64,000 bases of DNA from positions 59,086,001 through 59,150,000 of the forward strand of contig NC_042999.1 of the NCBI RefSeq assembly GCF_006345805.1. The letters run 5' to 3'. The position numbers were made by a program, and so were the translations under genes. Of this stretch, positions 35,776 through 49,316 are shown one piece after another. The notes under the pieces are model-generated. The model did not search any database and had not been told where the DNA came from. It saw only the letters and a list, made by a program, of their open reading frames with translations. This stretch comes from Octopus sinensis. Lineage: Eukaryota. How positions within the stretch are numbered: the first letter of the stretch is position 1; every line of letters begins with the position of its first letter.

Positions 35776-36904
35776 TATGACATTTTTCTCTTTAGTAATG
35801 CAAAATAAAGTCTTCCAAGTAGAGTTGACGTAACTTGGCTTAATATGAATGAGAAAGAAAATATTGTGAAACGATGAGAAAATATCGACTGTCCTAAAAC
35901 TGGCACACTAAAAGGGTAATCCTGAAAGATAACCGGGCTAAAATTGTTCAGCTGTACATGGTATTCCGCATTGCTAGCAGTATGAAAGGCAGGATGGTAA
36001 ACTAGCTACCCTCGAACCCCTGAGATATGATAGACAACGGTGGACTGGGCTCACTCGGAAGAAGAGGAGAAAGCTCGAGGCGTATCGCGTATTGAGAAGC
36101 TAACTTTAACTGAGCAGTATTGTTAAGCAGGGGACAGTTGAATCATCCCGTATATTGCATTGAATTTATTTTCAAACTCCTTTATAAATCACCTTCATTT
36201 ACCAAATATTTCAACCAAATTTGTGGTATATTGAATAGAAATTCAGCTTTCAAAAGAGAAATTGAAAGTGCATTTAATGTTTTCAAACATGCGCGTTCCG
36301 TTTGACCTCAGCGTTAATTTTTCTGTTCGGGAGAAGTTTTAAGCTCTGAATCTATCTCAGTGAATACGTTCATATTTTCAAATTTACAAATAATGCTGAT
36401 TAACTCTGGATTTATTCAAGATTTTTTTTCATTGGAGTTATTTTAGAAATAGCAAATTCTGAACACTGGTGTTTGCAGGAAGGATATTTAGAGATAATTT
36501 AGAGTAATAAAGAATATTTTTAAACTGCAAGTTTAAATATATATTTTTAGCAGGTGAAGTTTTATGGAGATTTAAATAGAATTATAATTCAAGATTAATT
36601 CGAAAATAAATATAGCTTATCTTACTGAAATTAAAATAACTTGTAACCTAATTTTATATCCAGTTCAACATTAAAGATAAATGCAAATGAATATCGTTTA
36701 GTTTTATAAACTTGCAATTTAAATGACAAATAAATGGTGAATTAATCTTGACTAAATTCGCTGTGTGTAACATTGGATATAATTTAAAGGGAACGAATGC
36801 AATAACTTAGAAAGAAATGGAAGAACACGTTTAATTCTGTAGTGATAATTCCACCCTGAGACCTGGAAATATTAATACTTCACACAATATAATTGTAAAA
36901 CATA

Positions 36905-37315
36905 TTTAGGAATGGCAGTGTGCTAAGAAAGTTTCTTTTGAAAGACATGGCTTCTGGTTCTCTCCTACTGCATCGCAACTTAGGTAAGTGTCTTCTAATA
37001 TAGACTCAGGCGGAGTAAAGCCTTGTAATTGGGTTAGATAGACGGAAACTGATAGGCGCCCTTTTTGTGTATGTGCGTATATATATATACATACAGACAG
37101 ACAGCCACACACACACACACATATATCTATATATTTATATAATATATATGTATATATGTATATGCGTGTATGCATGTGTATGAATGTGTGTGTATTTCTG
37201 TATGCGTTTGCATTCCCCCACTTGACAGGTGGTATTAGTTTACTTGTATCCTCGTAACTTAGTGGTGCAGCAACATCACCACAGCCTAATGACTGAAACA
37301 AGTAAATGATAAACG
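36905..37315 (-). mobile_element. Diverged SINE family A-like copy
   Basis: Minus strand shows ATCATTTACTTGTTTCAGTCATT (tail) and CAGTTTCCGTCT...GAAGACACTTACC (head). Confidence 0.65.
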
Positions 37316-37517
37316 AAAGACACTGATGATGTACTTATGTGAAATGTAGACCTGCTAGACATAGCTGGTGCCTCATGACAGATAACTCATTGAATGATAT
37401 GATACTAGTTAGATTATGATTGGGAAAAAACGGCATAGTCTTTTATGAGTCGGTTTTATCTTTTTACCTATGTCTTTTCAATAAGATATTGTATGCGACA
37501 AAACAGCAGCAACAACA

Positions 37518-37873
37518 GTGGAGGCGCAATGGCCCAATGGTTGGGGCAGCGGACTCGTGGTCGGAGGATCGCGGTTTTGATTCCCAGACCGGGCGTTGTG
37601 TATGTTTATTGAGCGAAAACACCTAGGCTCCACGAGGCTCCGGCAGGGGATTGATGGCGACCCCTGTTGTACTCTTTCACTCCAACTTTCTCTCACTCTT
37701 TCTTCCTGTTTCTTGTCCCCGACTTCCTACGCAACCGCTGAGTCTAGATGCGCATCCATCCATCCGTCGATGCTCTCGGTGTCGGGGGTTGACCTGCTTT
37801 CTCTTCTGCGGGTCTTACGAATAGCTAAGGACCACGTTTCGGACTTCTCTCACTACAGAAGACCGCTTCGCTC
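37518..37873 (+). mobile_element. SINE family C, tail type 2, with 16-17-bp TSD in a CAA/CAG repeat
   Basis: tRNA-like head with A and B boxes. AACAGCAGCAACAACA(G) occurs at 37502-37518 and 37874-37890. Confidence 0.92.
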
Positions 37874-39282
37874 AACAGCAGCAACAACAGCAACAGAAAT
37901 AGCAACAACAAGCCTTCAGTAAACCAATTATCAGGTTTCAAGTCTCAGCAGTTACGGTTTCTAATTCACTCTTTGTTAAAACGGCGTGACACAGATATAA
38001 ACTGCGTTTTCTTACCCTATCAAATCCTAGATGCCCAACTCTTGCCCGACGTCATACATTTGTGTCTGGGGAGCGTCAGATTATTTTGGGTGCGTACTAA
38101 TTTTTGTAAACTAAGTTTTGTAAACTGCATTTTCTAAATCTCTGGGTGCACCATTGAATAGTAAAGAAGCAGTGCCGTCCAGTGCACCCCCTTAGCAACG
38201 GTCATGTTAGTCAGGCTTCATTGAATGTATTGCAGGAACATTTTTATACACTGTATTTCCAAAATTTGAGGGCGCACCATTGACAGGTCAGTGCAGCTCA
38301 GTACCCCACGCCTTAGAGGCTTATACGTCCTCTCTTCAGAAACCCATTATCAATCAATCTATCTGAAAATTTTCATAAATTTTGGGCCACAATATAGATC
38401 TTCATTATTTATAATACTGTCTTTATTGTTAGTGTTGTTGCTAAGTACAAAGTCAATCTTAATGAAATACAGCTACGACTAAACACATTCAAGTCTTTGT
38501 GAAACCACATCTTTTCATGCATGCTTTACTGTGGGTTACATTGTCCAATTTGACCTTCCAGTTCCATTAGGCAAAACTACTACGTGAGGTTGATGTATAT
38601 GTTATGGATACTATTCTCTTAGAAGTCAGGCAATAAAGTAGAAGCTCCTACGTCGGCTCGTTCTAATAGTTACTTTTGATTACGTAACTCTCAATAGTTG
38701 AAACCGAAAAGAAAGAGAACTAACTGTACTTAACATTGCTATTTTTGACTGTTGGCTGAAGAGAATAAAAAAGCCCATCTTATATCAATATCAGACTAAC
38801 TATAAATAAGTACATCTCATTGTGTCTCATTCACAATTATCTCTTTTTATGTATGAATTTTTCGAGCTTTCACGAAGTAATCTATCGTGTTGTCTATACT
38901 AGATGTGTAAATATAGCTATCGATAAAACGGTTGGTCCTTATATATAAACACCTATACAAGTACATATGTGTGCGTCTGTGTGTGTGTATTTACATTATT
39001 TACATATACCGACAAATACGTGAGTATATACTCATAGACACTACACATATATATGTAGTATATACAAATATATCTATAAATAAATATAAGATATATATGT
39101 ATGCATATGTATGCCTGCATGAATATATATATGTGTGTGCGTTTGTATGTTTCAAATGCTACTTATAATTGAATTGACGTCATCATATTTATGCATACAT
39201 ACCAATGCACATACCTACATACACAAACACACGTGTATATAGTATATATGTGTATATGAGTGTGTATCTATACCTATATATA

Positions 39283-39378
<96 letters not shown>

Positions 39379-39949
39379 GTATGTATGTATGTAGTATGTA
39401 TGTATGTATGTATGTATGTATGTATGCATGTATATGTATTAGACTTATATGTACATATATCTATATATATGTATGTGTTATCAATCGAAAGATAAAATAG
39501 TCTAAACATAATGTGATCAGAAATATAACACGAAAAGGAAGACAAATTGAATGCAAACAAACTATAAGATTAGAGAAACTCAAAGCATAAACGATCGTGG
39601 TTAAACAAATAATTCACTGGAAGCGAACAAAACAAAATGGTGATTTAATTACAACACAAACAATTTCTTGCGTATTATTCAATGCCACACAAAAATAACC
39701 ATCCCAACAGACAAACGGCAAACATTAAATATATAGCGGGATATAAATAAAGACAATGTTAAGGGTACTCGCCCTCATTCTCTCTATCACGCTCACTCAG
39801 ATGTTTGATTTTGCACACACACACACACACACACATTCCCCCTCATATATATATATATATATGTATGTATGTATGTATGTGTGTATGTGTATATGTATGT
39901 ATACATATATATGTATATTTAATTATACATTCATATACATATAATTATG

Positions 39950-40027
<78 letters not shown>

Positions 40028-40687
40028 GATTATATATGGGTCTGTGTATGTGCATGTGTCTGCATGCGTGTGCATGTGTGTGTGTGTGTGCGTGTGTGTG
40101 TGTGAGTAAATACATTCACCCACTAAGCGATCGATATGTCTGCGGTTTATTTTTAAATTAAACTTAGATCGGGGTGGTCGTCTGATGACGATGATGATGA
40201 TAACAACAAAACAACAACAATAACTATAACGATGATCATGATGGTAATAATAATAACAACGATAATAAGGATAATAATATTAATAATAATAATGTATGTG
40301 TCTAGCATTACGTCTGTTATTATCACTATAGGAGAGATATACGGCCATTTCTCTAAGGACATTATTCATTATTTTATGAGGATAGACATACGCACTTTCT
40401 TGAAAATACCAATACTAGAACCTGCAAATATTTTAATGTCATCTTCATGCAATTTCTCGTCGCTCTAATCGTCATCGCTAACCTTAAATATCTTTCAATT
40501 TCCCTGAATATTTTCGTTAATCTTGTAATTGTTTCAGTAACAGTATGATTTCATTCTGTAGCTGCGTCCTTACGGGAAGCATGAAGGCCTGGGATTGTTT
40601 GTGCCACAGCAATAAAGTTATGTTGGCAGTGATCTATACTACCACCATCATGTATTGTGAGCCTTCGTCAAGGAACTCGTCTGGAAT

Positions 40688-40935
40688 TTTTAAGTGTATT
40701 TTGTATTTTTAAGTGTATTTTCAAGTGTATTTTTAAAAATGTATTTGTAAGTGTATTTTTAAGTGTATTTATTAAGTGTAATTTTTAAGTGTATTTTTTA
40801 AAGTGTATTTTTTAAAGTGTATTTGTAAGTGTGTTTTTAAGTGGAGTTATTAAGTGTAATTCTTAGTGTATTTTTTAGTGTATTTTCAAGCGTATTTATT
40901 AAGTGTAATTTTTATTGTATTTTTAGTGTATTTTT
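40688..40935. repeat. Degenerate 11-13-bp minisatellite (TTTTAAGTGTA)n
   Basis: About 20 imperfect units with a variable T-run. Confidence 0.9.
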
Positions 40936-42113
40936 AGCATATTCCTATAGAGTACTCACACACGTCTCATAGCAGGAAAACTGAAGTTCGTTTACCTCCG
41001 ATACCCGCGCTATTTCCTTGGATATCAGCTGAAGCAAGTTTGGTGCACTTTATGAATCACAGTTTGATACAGGGATCACACAGATTAATAGAAATTAAAC
41101 TGAATTTCTTGGGTTCATGTCATTCAATAATCCATGTGGTCTTTCTTTTCTAGTTTTCCAACATTCAGTCATGTCTCTACTCTCACACAAATGTTTTCAC
41201 ATATTTAATTATTTTTATGTTGTATAATCGTGTAAGGGTAGCGATACTCTTCTGTAAACGTTTTCTACTCCACCACTGAAACTATGTATCTCCAGCACAT
41301 GGCTGCAATCGCTCTATATTTTAAGCAACTTGAAGTTATCCTTCGCTCTTTATTCCCGCCGTGACTTGTTCCAGTTTTCATATAACAAAAGAAGAGCACA
41401 GCTAGATAGAAAGCCGAAGACTCACGATATCGCTGTCTACTATTAAGACTTTTTCATAGTACATCGAATTAATATTAAGGGACGGTTTCTATGGCACGCA
41501 GCAAGAAAAAGGCTATGCTGATGTCTTTTGCTGTATAGACTTTTAATTCAATGTAGTTGCTGTGAAAATGTAAAGCACATATGGCACACTTAGGCTGTGT
41601 TTTTAGTTTGAAAGTTTTATGATAAGTGTCTTTCATAGACGTACGGAGTCACACAATATGAGATTACGAAAACGGTAGAAAATTGTGCCTTGTGGATTTA
41701 GATTGTGAATCGGCAGATTGTTGGTTTAAAAGTGTCATTATTATACAGTATAAGACACAGTGAAACCATTGCCTATGTGTGTGATGTTGGCTCACAGTAA
41801 AGTGGTCTTTTAGAAGAACGATCAAGAACATGTGTATATTGTGTTGCGCGACTGCTATACCAAAAACAGGTGTAAGATTTTGAATTTCTTCCTATAATAA
41901 AATTGTGTATGACTTGAGATGTTTGCCTTACCTTAATGTTTGAGATCCTGTTTAACAATTATATATCTGCTGCATCGGATATCTGCAAGGGCTCCATACA
42001 TACCGTTTCGCCTATAATCTTAGAGCCCCAGTATTCCGTTACAGCACTTAACTAGCAGCCCTAATAATTTAGATCACCTGTAAAATAAATCCCTCATACT
42101 TTGTACATATATG

Positions 42114-42505
42114 AGGAGTGGCTGTGTGGTACGTAGCTTGCTTACCATCCACATGGTTCCGGGTTCAATCTCACTGCGTGGCACCTTGGGCAAGTGTCTT
42201 CTACTATAGCCTCGGGCCGACCAAAACCTTATGAGTGGATTTGGTAGACGGAAACTGAAAGAAGCCCATCGTATATATGTATGTGTGTGTATATTTTTGT
42301 GCGTCTGTGTTTGTCCTGCCAACATCGCTTGACAACCGATGCTGGGGTGTTTACGTCCCCGTAACATTAGCGGTTCGGCAAAAGTGACCGATAAAATAAG
42401 TATTAGGCTTACAAAGAATACGTCCTGGGGTCGATTTGCTCGACTAAAGGCGGTGCTCCGGCAGGGCCACAGTCAAATGATTGAAACAAGTAAAAGAGTA
42501 AGGAG
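42114..42505 (+). mobile_element. SINE family A, complete, with short central microsatellite
   Basis: Head and tail halves are both present and collinear with 594-1140. Confidence 0.92.
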
Positions 42506-42507
42506 TA

Positions 42508-42547
<40 letters not shown>

Positions 42548-42589
42548 TATATCATATGATATGATATGATATGATATTATATTATATTT

Positions 42590-42624
<35 letters not shown>

Positions 42625-43656
42625 TTCTGTGTGTGAAACATGATACAGTGATAATTTGCAAGTAACATGGGAAAATAGACGTTGAAGTTAACCTGTATCA
42701 TATTTAAATTCTCTAAAATACCCATATTATAAAACGCTATCGAAACCTGTGCCACCATCAACGAAAGATTCAATATGCGGTCGTTAAAACTGCCTTGAAT
42801 GGCAGCCACATCTCTCTTGAATCACGCCCTATGTCTCTCTTGGATCACTGCATTATAAATGGGTATGGTATATTAGCCAATCTGCATTATACTGGTTGAA
42901 AAGTGTATAGCTTGAAGGTCTTTGATCATACTTATTTGGAATTTTCAACGAGATTTAAAATAATTATTCAAAAAATTTACTTGTATATTGATAGTCTTCT
43001 GTAACGGTATTCTATCATTCCGAGTTAACACAAAGCCTCCTCCTGATCGATTGATCAGCTAAAACCAACAGCCACATCTCTCTCACACTGCACTAGATCA
43101 TCTTGAAAGTAGGACACCTGCATAAATATATTTATGTTTTTATAGAAACGTATAGGTAAGTGTATAATTGGTGTTAAACAGTAATTATAGGTTTCACATA
43201 AATACCGTTCATACATACCCATACGTACAAATAGCCACACGCACACACACAAACACCTACAAAAATATACACCCCACGCATGCACACACACCCATGTATA
43301 TATGATAAAGTTAAATGTATATTTGTATGACCAAGAAATAATCTGTCAGTGCTGGAAACTATACATAAATATGTCAATGCTTTAGTAACTGCATGCATGG
43401 ACAAACATACGTGCACAGAAATATAGAATGTAACTGTGCATCAAATATCGAGTGAATAAACATCGAGTGAATGAACGCATGGATATATATTATATAAATA
43501 CATACACACACACATATGTATGTATGTATGTATGTAGGTAGGTAGGTAATTATGTATGTGTGTAGGTAGGCAGGTATTATATACATATTCATATACGTGA
43601 ATAGATAGATAGATAGATACATACATATATATATAGATAGATAGATAGATACATAC

Positions 43657-43724
<68 letters not shown>

Positions 43725-43854
43725 ATACTCTCATACACAGATAAATATATGCGCACATATATTATTAAATCGTGTTTGCGTATGTGTGTGTACAGAGAGT
43801 GAAAAAGAGATGAAGAAAAGAGAGCACACAATAGAAGGAAAGGGTGAGAGAAAC

Positions 43855-43897
<43 letters not shown>

Positions 43898-45477
43898 AGA
43901 TGTATGTGCGTGTAGACATCTGTTTTACATGAGTGTTTCTCAAAAAGAATTATAACATTGTCTTTATAGAGATAAGCTGATAAAATATTAACTAATCCTT
44001 TTTGTTATATGACTGCTTGCTTCTGTTTCTTACACTATTTTTTCGAAATATTTATCTTATTTCTCTGTATGTTTCTTGCCATTCTTTCCTCCTGCCATTC
44101 ACATTGTATCTCGTTTTGAATGTCTCAAAGATGATCTCCGTGTAATAGCAATCAGCTTATTTGATGCCCCATCAAGCAAGTACTATTTCAAAAGATTCCA
44201 AATAATCTCCAGTAAATACTATATTTAAGAATACGACCTAGAGTGAACCAGATTTTATTTCTATTTTGAATCTCATCAGATTTTAATAACTACCGTAGAT
44301 TTTTTTTCTTTCGTTATTGCATGTAAAGTTTGAACATAAAAGTTTCGTGCTTATTTTTTTTATTGTTATTACTTTTCTATAATTCTATTTATTCTAATCT
44401 TAAGCTAACAATGCTGATGTGCATAAATGTGTCTCCGTTGTTAAATCTACAAACATCTGTGGATTTCAGTTCTTTAGATCGTCAACAAAGAAATGATATT
44501 AAAACTGAAATTTAAGAGTAATGTACCAACCAGCTAGACAGCCTACTTGCAAAATACCAATTTATCTAAAATAGGTTGTGGTGAATTCTTTAAATTCATT
44601 TTATTTCCTGTGCTTTTAATCTCTAGCATAATTGCCATAAAATACGCTTAACAGCTACAGAGGAAAAGCGAAGATAAATGGAAAACAGAGAGAGAAATTT
44701 CGAGTTAGCATAAAAGAAGAGAAGCGAGAGAGAGATATAGATAGATAGAGAGAGAGGTACAGGAGGAAAGGGAAAAAGAAAGAAAGTTAGAGGGGAAGAA
44801 AGATAGGGAATAAAGTTCATCTTTAAAGGAATGAAGGAAATAATGATTTACTTATAACGAAATAGCCTATATTACCCTCTACGATAAAGAAAACATGCGA
44901 CTCTACATTAAGAATCACGTTCAATTGCTTTTGATTGGTTGTTCGAGAACGTCGTTTTCGATAGAATACACGGAGGTATATTAAAACAAATAGTTTTAGC
45001 ATAGAAAGATTGAAAGAAATGGTTTTGACTGCTCCTATATGTAATTTAAACGATGGTATCAGAAGGAAAAGCTTTCAACGAAATAAAGGCTTTCAGTGTG
45101 TTCTCTTTCCTATTAAACTCTCTTCAATATTAATTATCTGGGAACAATCAAACGGGTTGCCATTGGCACGCGTTTATATAACATTTAGAACTTTAATAAT
45201 TACCTTTACTTTATATGCGGATGTCACCATAAAAACTCAAGCAAGAAATCTCTGTGCTATGTTCGCGATGGTAGGCATGCAATCAGGTAAAGAATTTATA
45301 TATATACCATTCTGTCCATCGAGAAAGGTAATAGAGGGAGAGTTCAAACGTGCTTAATATACTCTCTCTATTTTACTCTCTCTCACACACACGCGCGCGC
45401 ACACACACTCTCGTATACATAGATATATACCGCAAGGAATTAGAGCGATACATCATCGTCATAACCGTTTATTGTGA

Positions 45478-45511
<34 letters not shown>

Positions 45512-46864
45512 TATTCACAATATATGGATGTGTTTTTCTGTATGTGCGCATATGTACAGATATAAATATATAGTTAATGATGTGTTTTAAAACGCACAAT
45601 ATAATCTCATAAGAATTAGGGCTCAATATCCATATTATCTTAAAACCCTATATTCCTATATTTCACATTTAGCAAAGAATAATGGATAATGCTGCGTGTA
45701 TTTGGAGTTAGGCTATAAAGTTGGAAAAGGGATTCATAAAATTGAAATAATGATAGGAAACAAACTATTGATATTTCGAAACTTTTATTATGGTGTGATT
45801 CAATATTCTTATAAAATTCCATAATTTTATATCTATAAAATTATATATTTACAAAGCTATCTCGTCAGATAAAGTCATCGAACTACATATAATGACAGGT
45901 CGAAAATGATGATCTTATATATCAGGGAATCTTTCTCAACCCAAAATGAAACCTGACGATAGAAATATAACAAAACAAAGAATAATGGACGTTCAGAATC
46001 AAATAACCAATACGGAGTATAAAGTATATAAGAGAAATGATAATATATAAAAAAGAAATAAGAATTAAAAATGGAAAATTTTATATATACTACTTTGTCC
46101 ATCAAGAAAAGGAATAAGAGACTTCAAACATGCTTAATGTACAAGCAGTGTTTTCGAAGAGGAGATCTAAACGATATAAATACACAAACAAATAGGTCAC
46201 GTTAACATAACAGGATACATCCTGTATATAGGTATCAGATTAAGAATACATCAAAAGCGTAAATGCATTAAAAATACATTAGCAGTAAGTTGAAGATTAT
46301 TGAAGAAGTTTGAGTAGACTATGCAGCACCATAAATCTAGTTATTATGAAGGCTTAACACACCTAGTGACCTTCAGATATATAATTTACAGTGTTACACA
46401 GGCATACATATGATACGAATAACACACACAGAAATAAGTATAGACGCTCACTGTTGCTCATTTAAACCGATATACATACCCATATTTATGCACACAGACA
46501 GGTTACTCAATGAACACACGCATAGAAGCAATACAACTGACTCTGTACCTACAATAAGACACGCAAAGCGTTATACATTTATATCGCCCAATACATAAAA
46601 TATATCAAATATATCAATAAACTAGTAAACAAATTTATACTGTTATATAGACGGATACAGTTATATAGAGGTGACTCTAATAAAGCAAGACTTAATCAAT
46701 ACAATAACAGTTATCCAAACTAGAATAACTACATCGATCAAGTGCACCAACCACTTCCTGAATAAAACACACTAAAACACTACAATAAGATCATAATAAT
46801 ATGAAATACAATGAATTACGTGCTATATGATATCATTATTTGTACGTAAGTACACGTCGTGCAT

Positions 46865-47030
46865 GACCTAGGTACTGTATTGAAGATCACAAGATTGTGG
46901 TTTCGCTTCTCGGACCGAAGAATGAGTTGTGCTCTCTCTTGAGCAAAGCACTTCCTCTCGCGTTGTGCTGTTACTCAAATCAAAATTTAACGGGTGGCAC
47001 ACTGTGCACATATACAGGCAATGTTATTTG
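46865..47030 (+). mobile_element. Diverged SINE family D-like fragment
   Basis: GATCACAAGATTGTGGTTTCG...GGACCG...CTTGAGCAAAGCACTTC resembles the copy at 61981. Confidence 0.45.
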
Positions 47031-47292
47031 AGGGACAGAGAGATCATGTACAGTACACGTATTTGGTTACTACGAACAAACCACCTTGTAAGTTTTTTCA
47101 GCAAGAAATTACGGAAACCTCATCTACTATCTAGGACAAGAGAGTCCACAACAACGAAAGTAATTATGTTAATAACATAAGTAAATGCAAATAGAATAGA
47201 AAATAATACTGATAGCAGCCTGAATAGATAATATTACTAATAACCCAGATCAACCTAGGAGACACGAGGAACACTGAGTTGAAGTTTCACTG

Positions 47293-48340
47293 TACGAGGT
47301 GGTATCGAAAAGTTCCCGGCCTAGTTCTGTTGCAGCACACGGTTGTTTGCACAGCGAGAGCTTGTAGTGACCTTCATGAGGCACTGTGCCGAGTGACATC
47401 GCTGTGTTTGCTGCGCAGGTTGCGAAATTTATGTTTTTGTGATCACGTGTATGCTATAGTCTACGATTTTGTCATGGAAAGGAAGCTGGAAAAAAAAAGA
47501 GGAGTGAAATTTTATGTTAAACTTGGGATGTCTGCTACAGAGATATTGGGTACAACCCTAAGACGAAGCAGCAGTCGTCACAGTGTAGGAGTCTTTTATT
47601 TCTACAACCTTAGAAGGCACGACAGTGCCGTAGATCAATCAAGAGCATTCTCATCGTATTTCCCTTTCGACAGCTGCGGTTTTTTTACATCGAATATTCT
47701 TCCCCCTGGGCCAGTCCGTCAATCGAGCATTCTACTGCGATGTTTGGAAGCTTCTGAGGGAGGACATTCGGCGAAAGCAACCGAACCTGTGGAGCGAAAA
47801 AATTTGAATTCTTTACGATGGCAATGCATCGTCACCAAGCTTTACTCACTCGTAAGTTTCTCGCCAAAAACAACATGGCATTGCTTCTGGACCCGCCCTA
47901 TTGGCCAGATTTAGTGCCTGTGGACTGCCATCTCTTCACCAAAATGAAACTTGCAGGTTAAAATTCGCCGTTTCAACATCTTTGTCGAGATCCAGAGCGA
48001 ATCACAGAAGGTCTTCGACTCACTTACCGAAAAGGACACCTAGGCCAGATTCCAAAAGCAGAAAGAATATCGGGAACAGTTTATTGCTTCGCAAGGTAAT
48101 TATTTCAAAGGAGATGTTGTTAAAACTCACGCTTTTACATGTTTCAGTCATTTGACTGCGGCCAGGCTGGAGCACCACCTTTAGTCGAGCAAATCGACCC
48201 CAGGACTTATTCTTTGTAAGCGTAATACTTATTCTATCGGTCTCTTTTACCGAATCGCTAAGTTACGGGGACGTAAACACACCAGCATCGGTTGTCAAGC
48301 GATTTTGGGGATGCAAACAAAGACACACAAACACACACAT

Positions 48341-48375
<35 letters not shown>

Positions 48376-48611
48376 CATATATACGAGGGCTTCTTTCAGT
48401 TTCCGTCTACCAAATTTACTTACAAGGATTTGGTCGGCCCGAGGCTATCGTAGAAGACAGTTGCCCAAGGTGTCATGCATTGGTACTAAACCCAGAACCA
48501 TGTAGTTCGTAAACAAGCTACTTACCACACATCCACTCCTACGCCTAGGTAAAGAATTTTTTTTTTTTATTAAACATAATTATTCCAGAAACTTTTTGAT
48601 ACCATCTCGTA
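47293..48611 (+). mobile_element. Internally deleted mariner element with a nested SINE A
   Basis: TIRs TACGAGGTGGTATCGAAAAGTT / AACTTTTTGATACCATCTCGTA. Fragments ERKLEKKRGVKFYVKLGMSATE and LDPPYWPDLVPVDCHLF. Confidence 0.85.
48132..48546 (-). mobile_element. SINE family A inserted into the mariner 3' end
   Basis: Complete reverse-complement family A sequence. Confidence 0.9.
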
Positions 48612-49316
48612 CATATCGTCACAAAATAAATTCATAGGTGTGAACTACATGACTCAAAAGAGTATTTAAAATAATATTTAGCAGTATTTGTGTTATAGCC
48701 TGTTGGTTATAGGTCCCTTTACAGTACTTCATCTTCTTCCTACATGATGCCTGCTATTAAAATGAACAAAAGAGAAAAGAAGGAGAAAAAGAGGTTAGGA
48801 AGTAGATGTGTTTTAACCTATATGTATTCTGTTACACTCTTTATGTGAGTTACGGAGTATGAAGCGTATGTTGATTCACGCTACTGCTAAAATAATTTTT
48901 AAATACCGATTTATATCTGCGTTTACAATTAAGTACGAATTAACTTACTTTATTTAATAATTATCTGCCTTATAGATTGCCATCTCAATTGATATATTTC
49001 TTTATCATTATTTCTGTTATTTTTTTTTAGTTCATTGCATAGATAACACTAGAGTAATGTATTTATGATTTTATTTCATCTTGGTTTAGGCATTATAACA
49101 TGTTTACTATACAGTGATTTATGTACCTTTATACCTGTTAATCTATTTCGTGTATTAAGCAAATATTAAACCTTTGTTTAACCTTTTATTTTTGTTATTG
49201 AAATGATTTTTATTAGTGTTTTTACCAGATAAATTATGTAAATTTCCTACACTAGTCGAACTAACATATATGTTAACAAGTCTGCAGAAAGTACTTCTTT
49301 AATGCCTATTGTAATT

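Noticed and set aside
37518-37590. tRNA genes (also at 594, 24611, 57191 and 61981)
   Set aside because: A and B boxes are present, but there is no complete cloverleaf and each continues into a SINE body and tail.
45010-45357. 115-aa ORF as a host gene
   Set aside because: It has a TTG start, no recognisable domain and no convincing splice context.
47279-47914. 211-aa ORF as an intact gene
   Set aside because: It crosses a mariner TIR and mixes frames of a decayed transposase.
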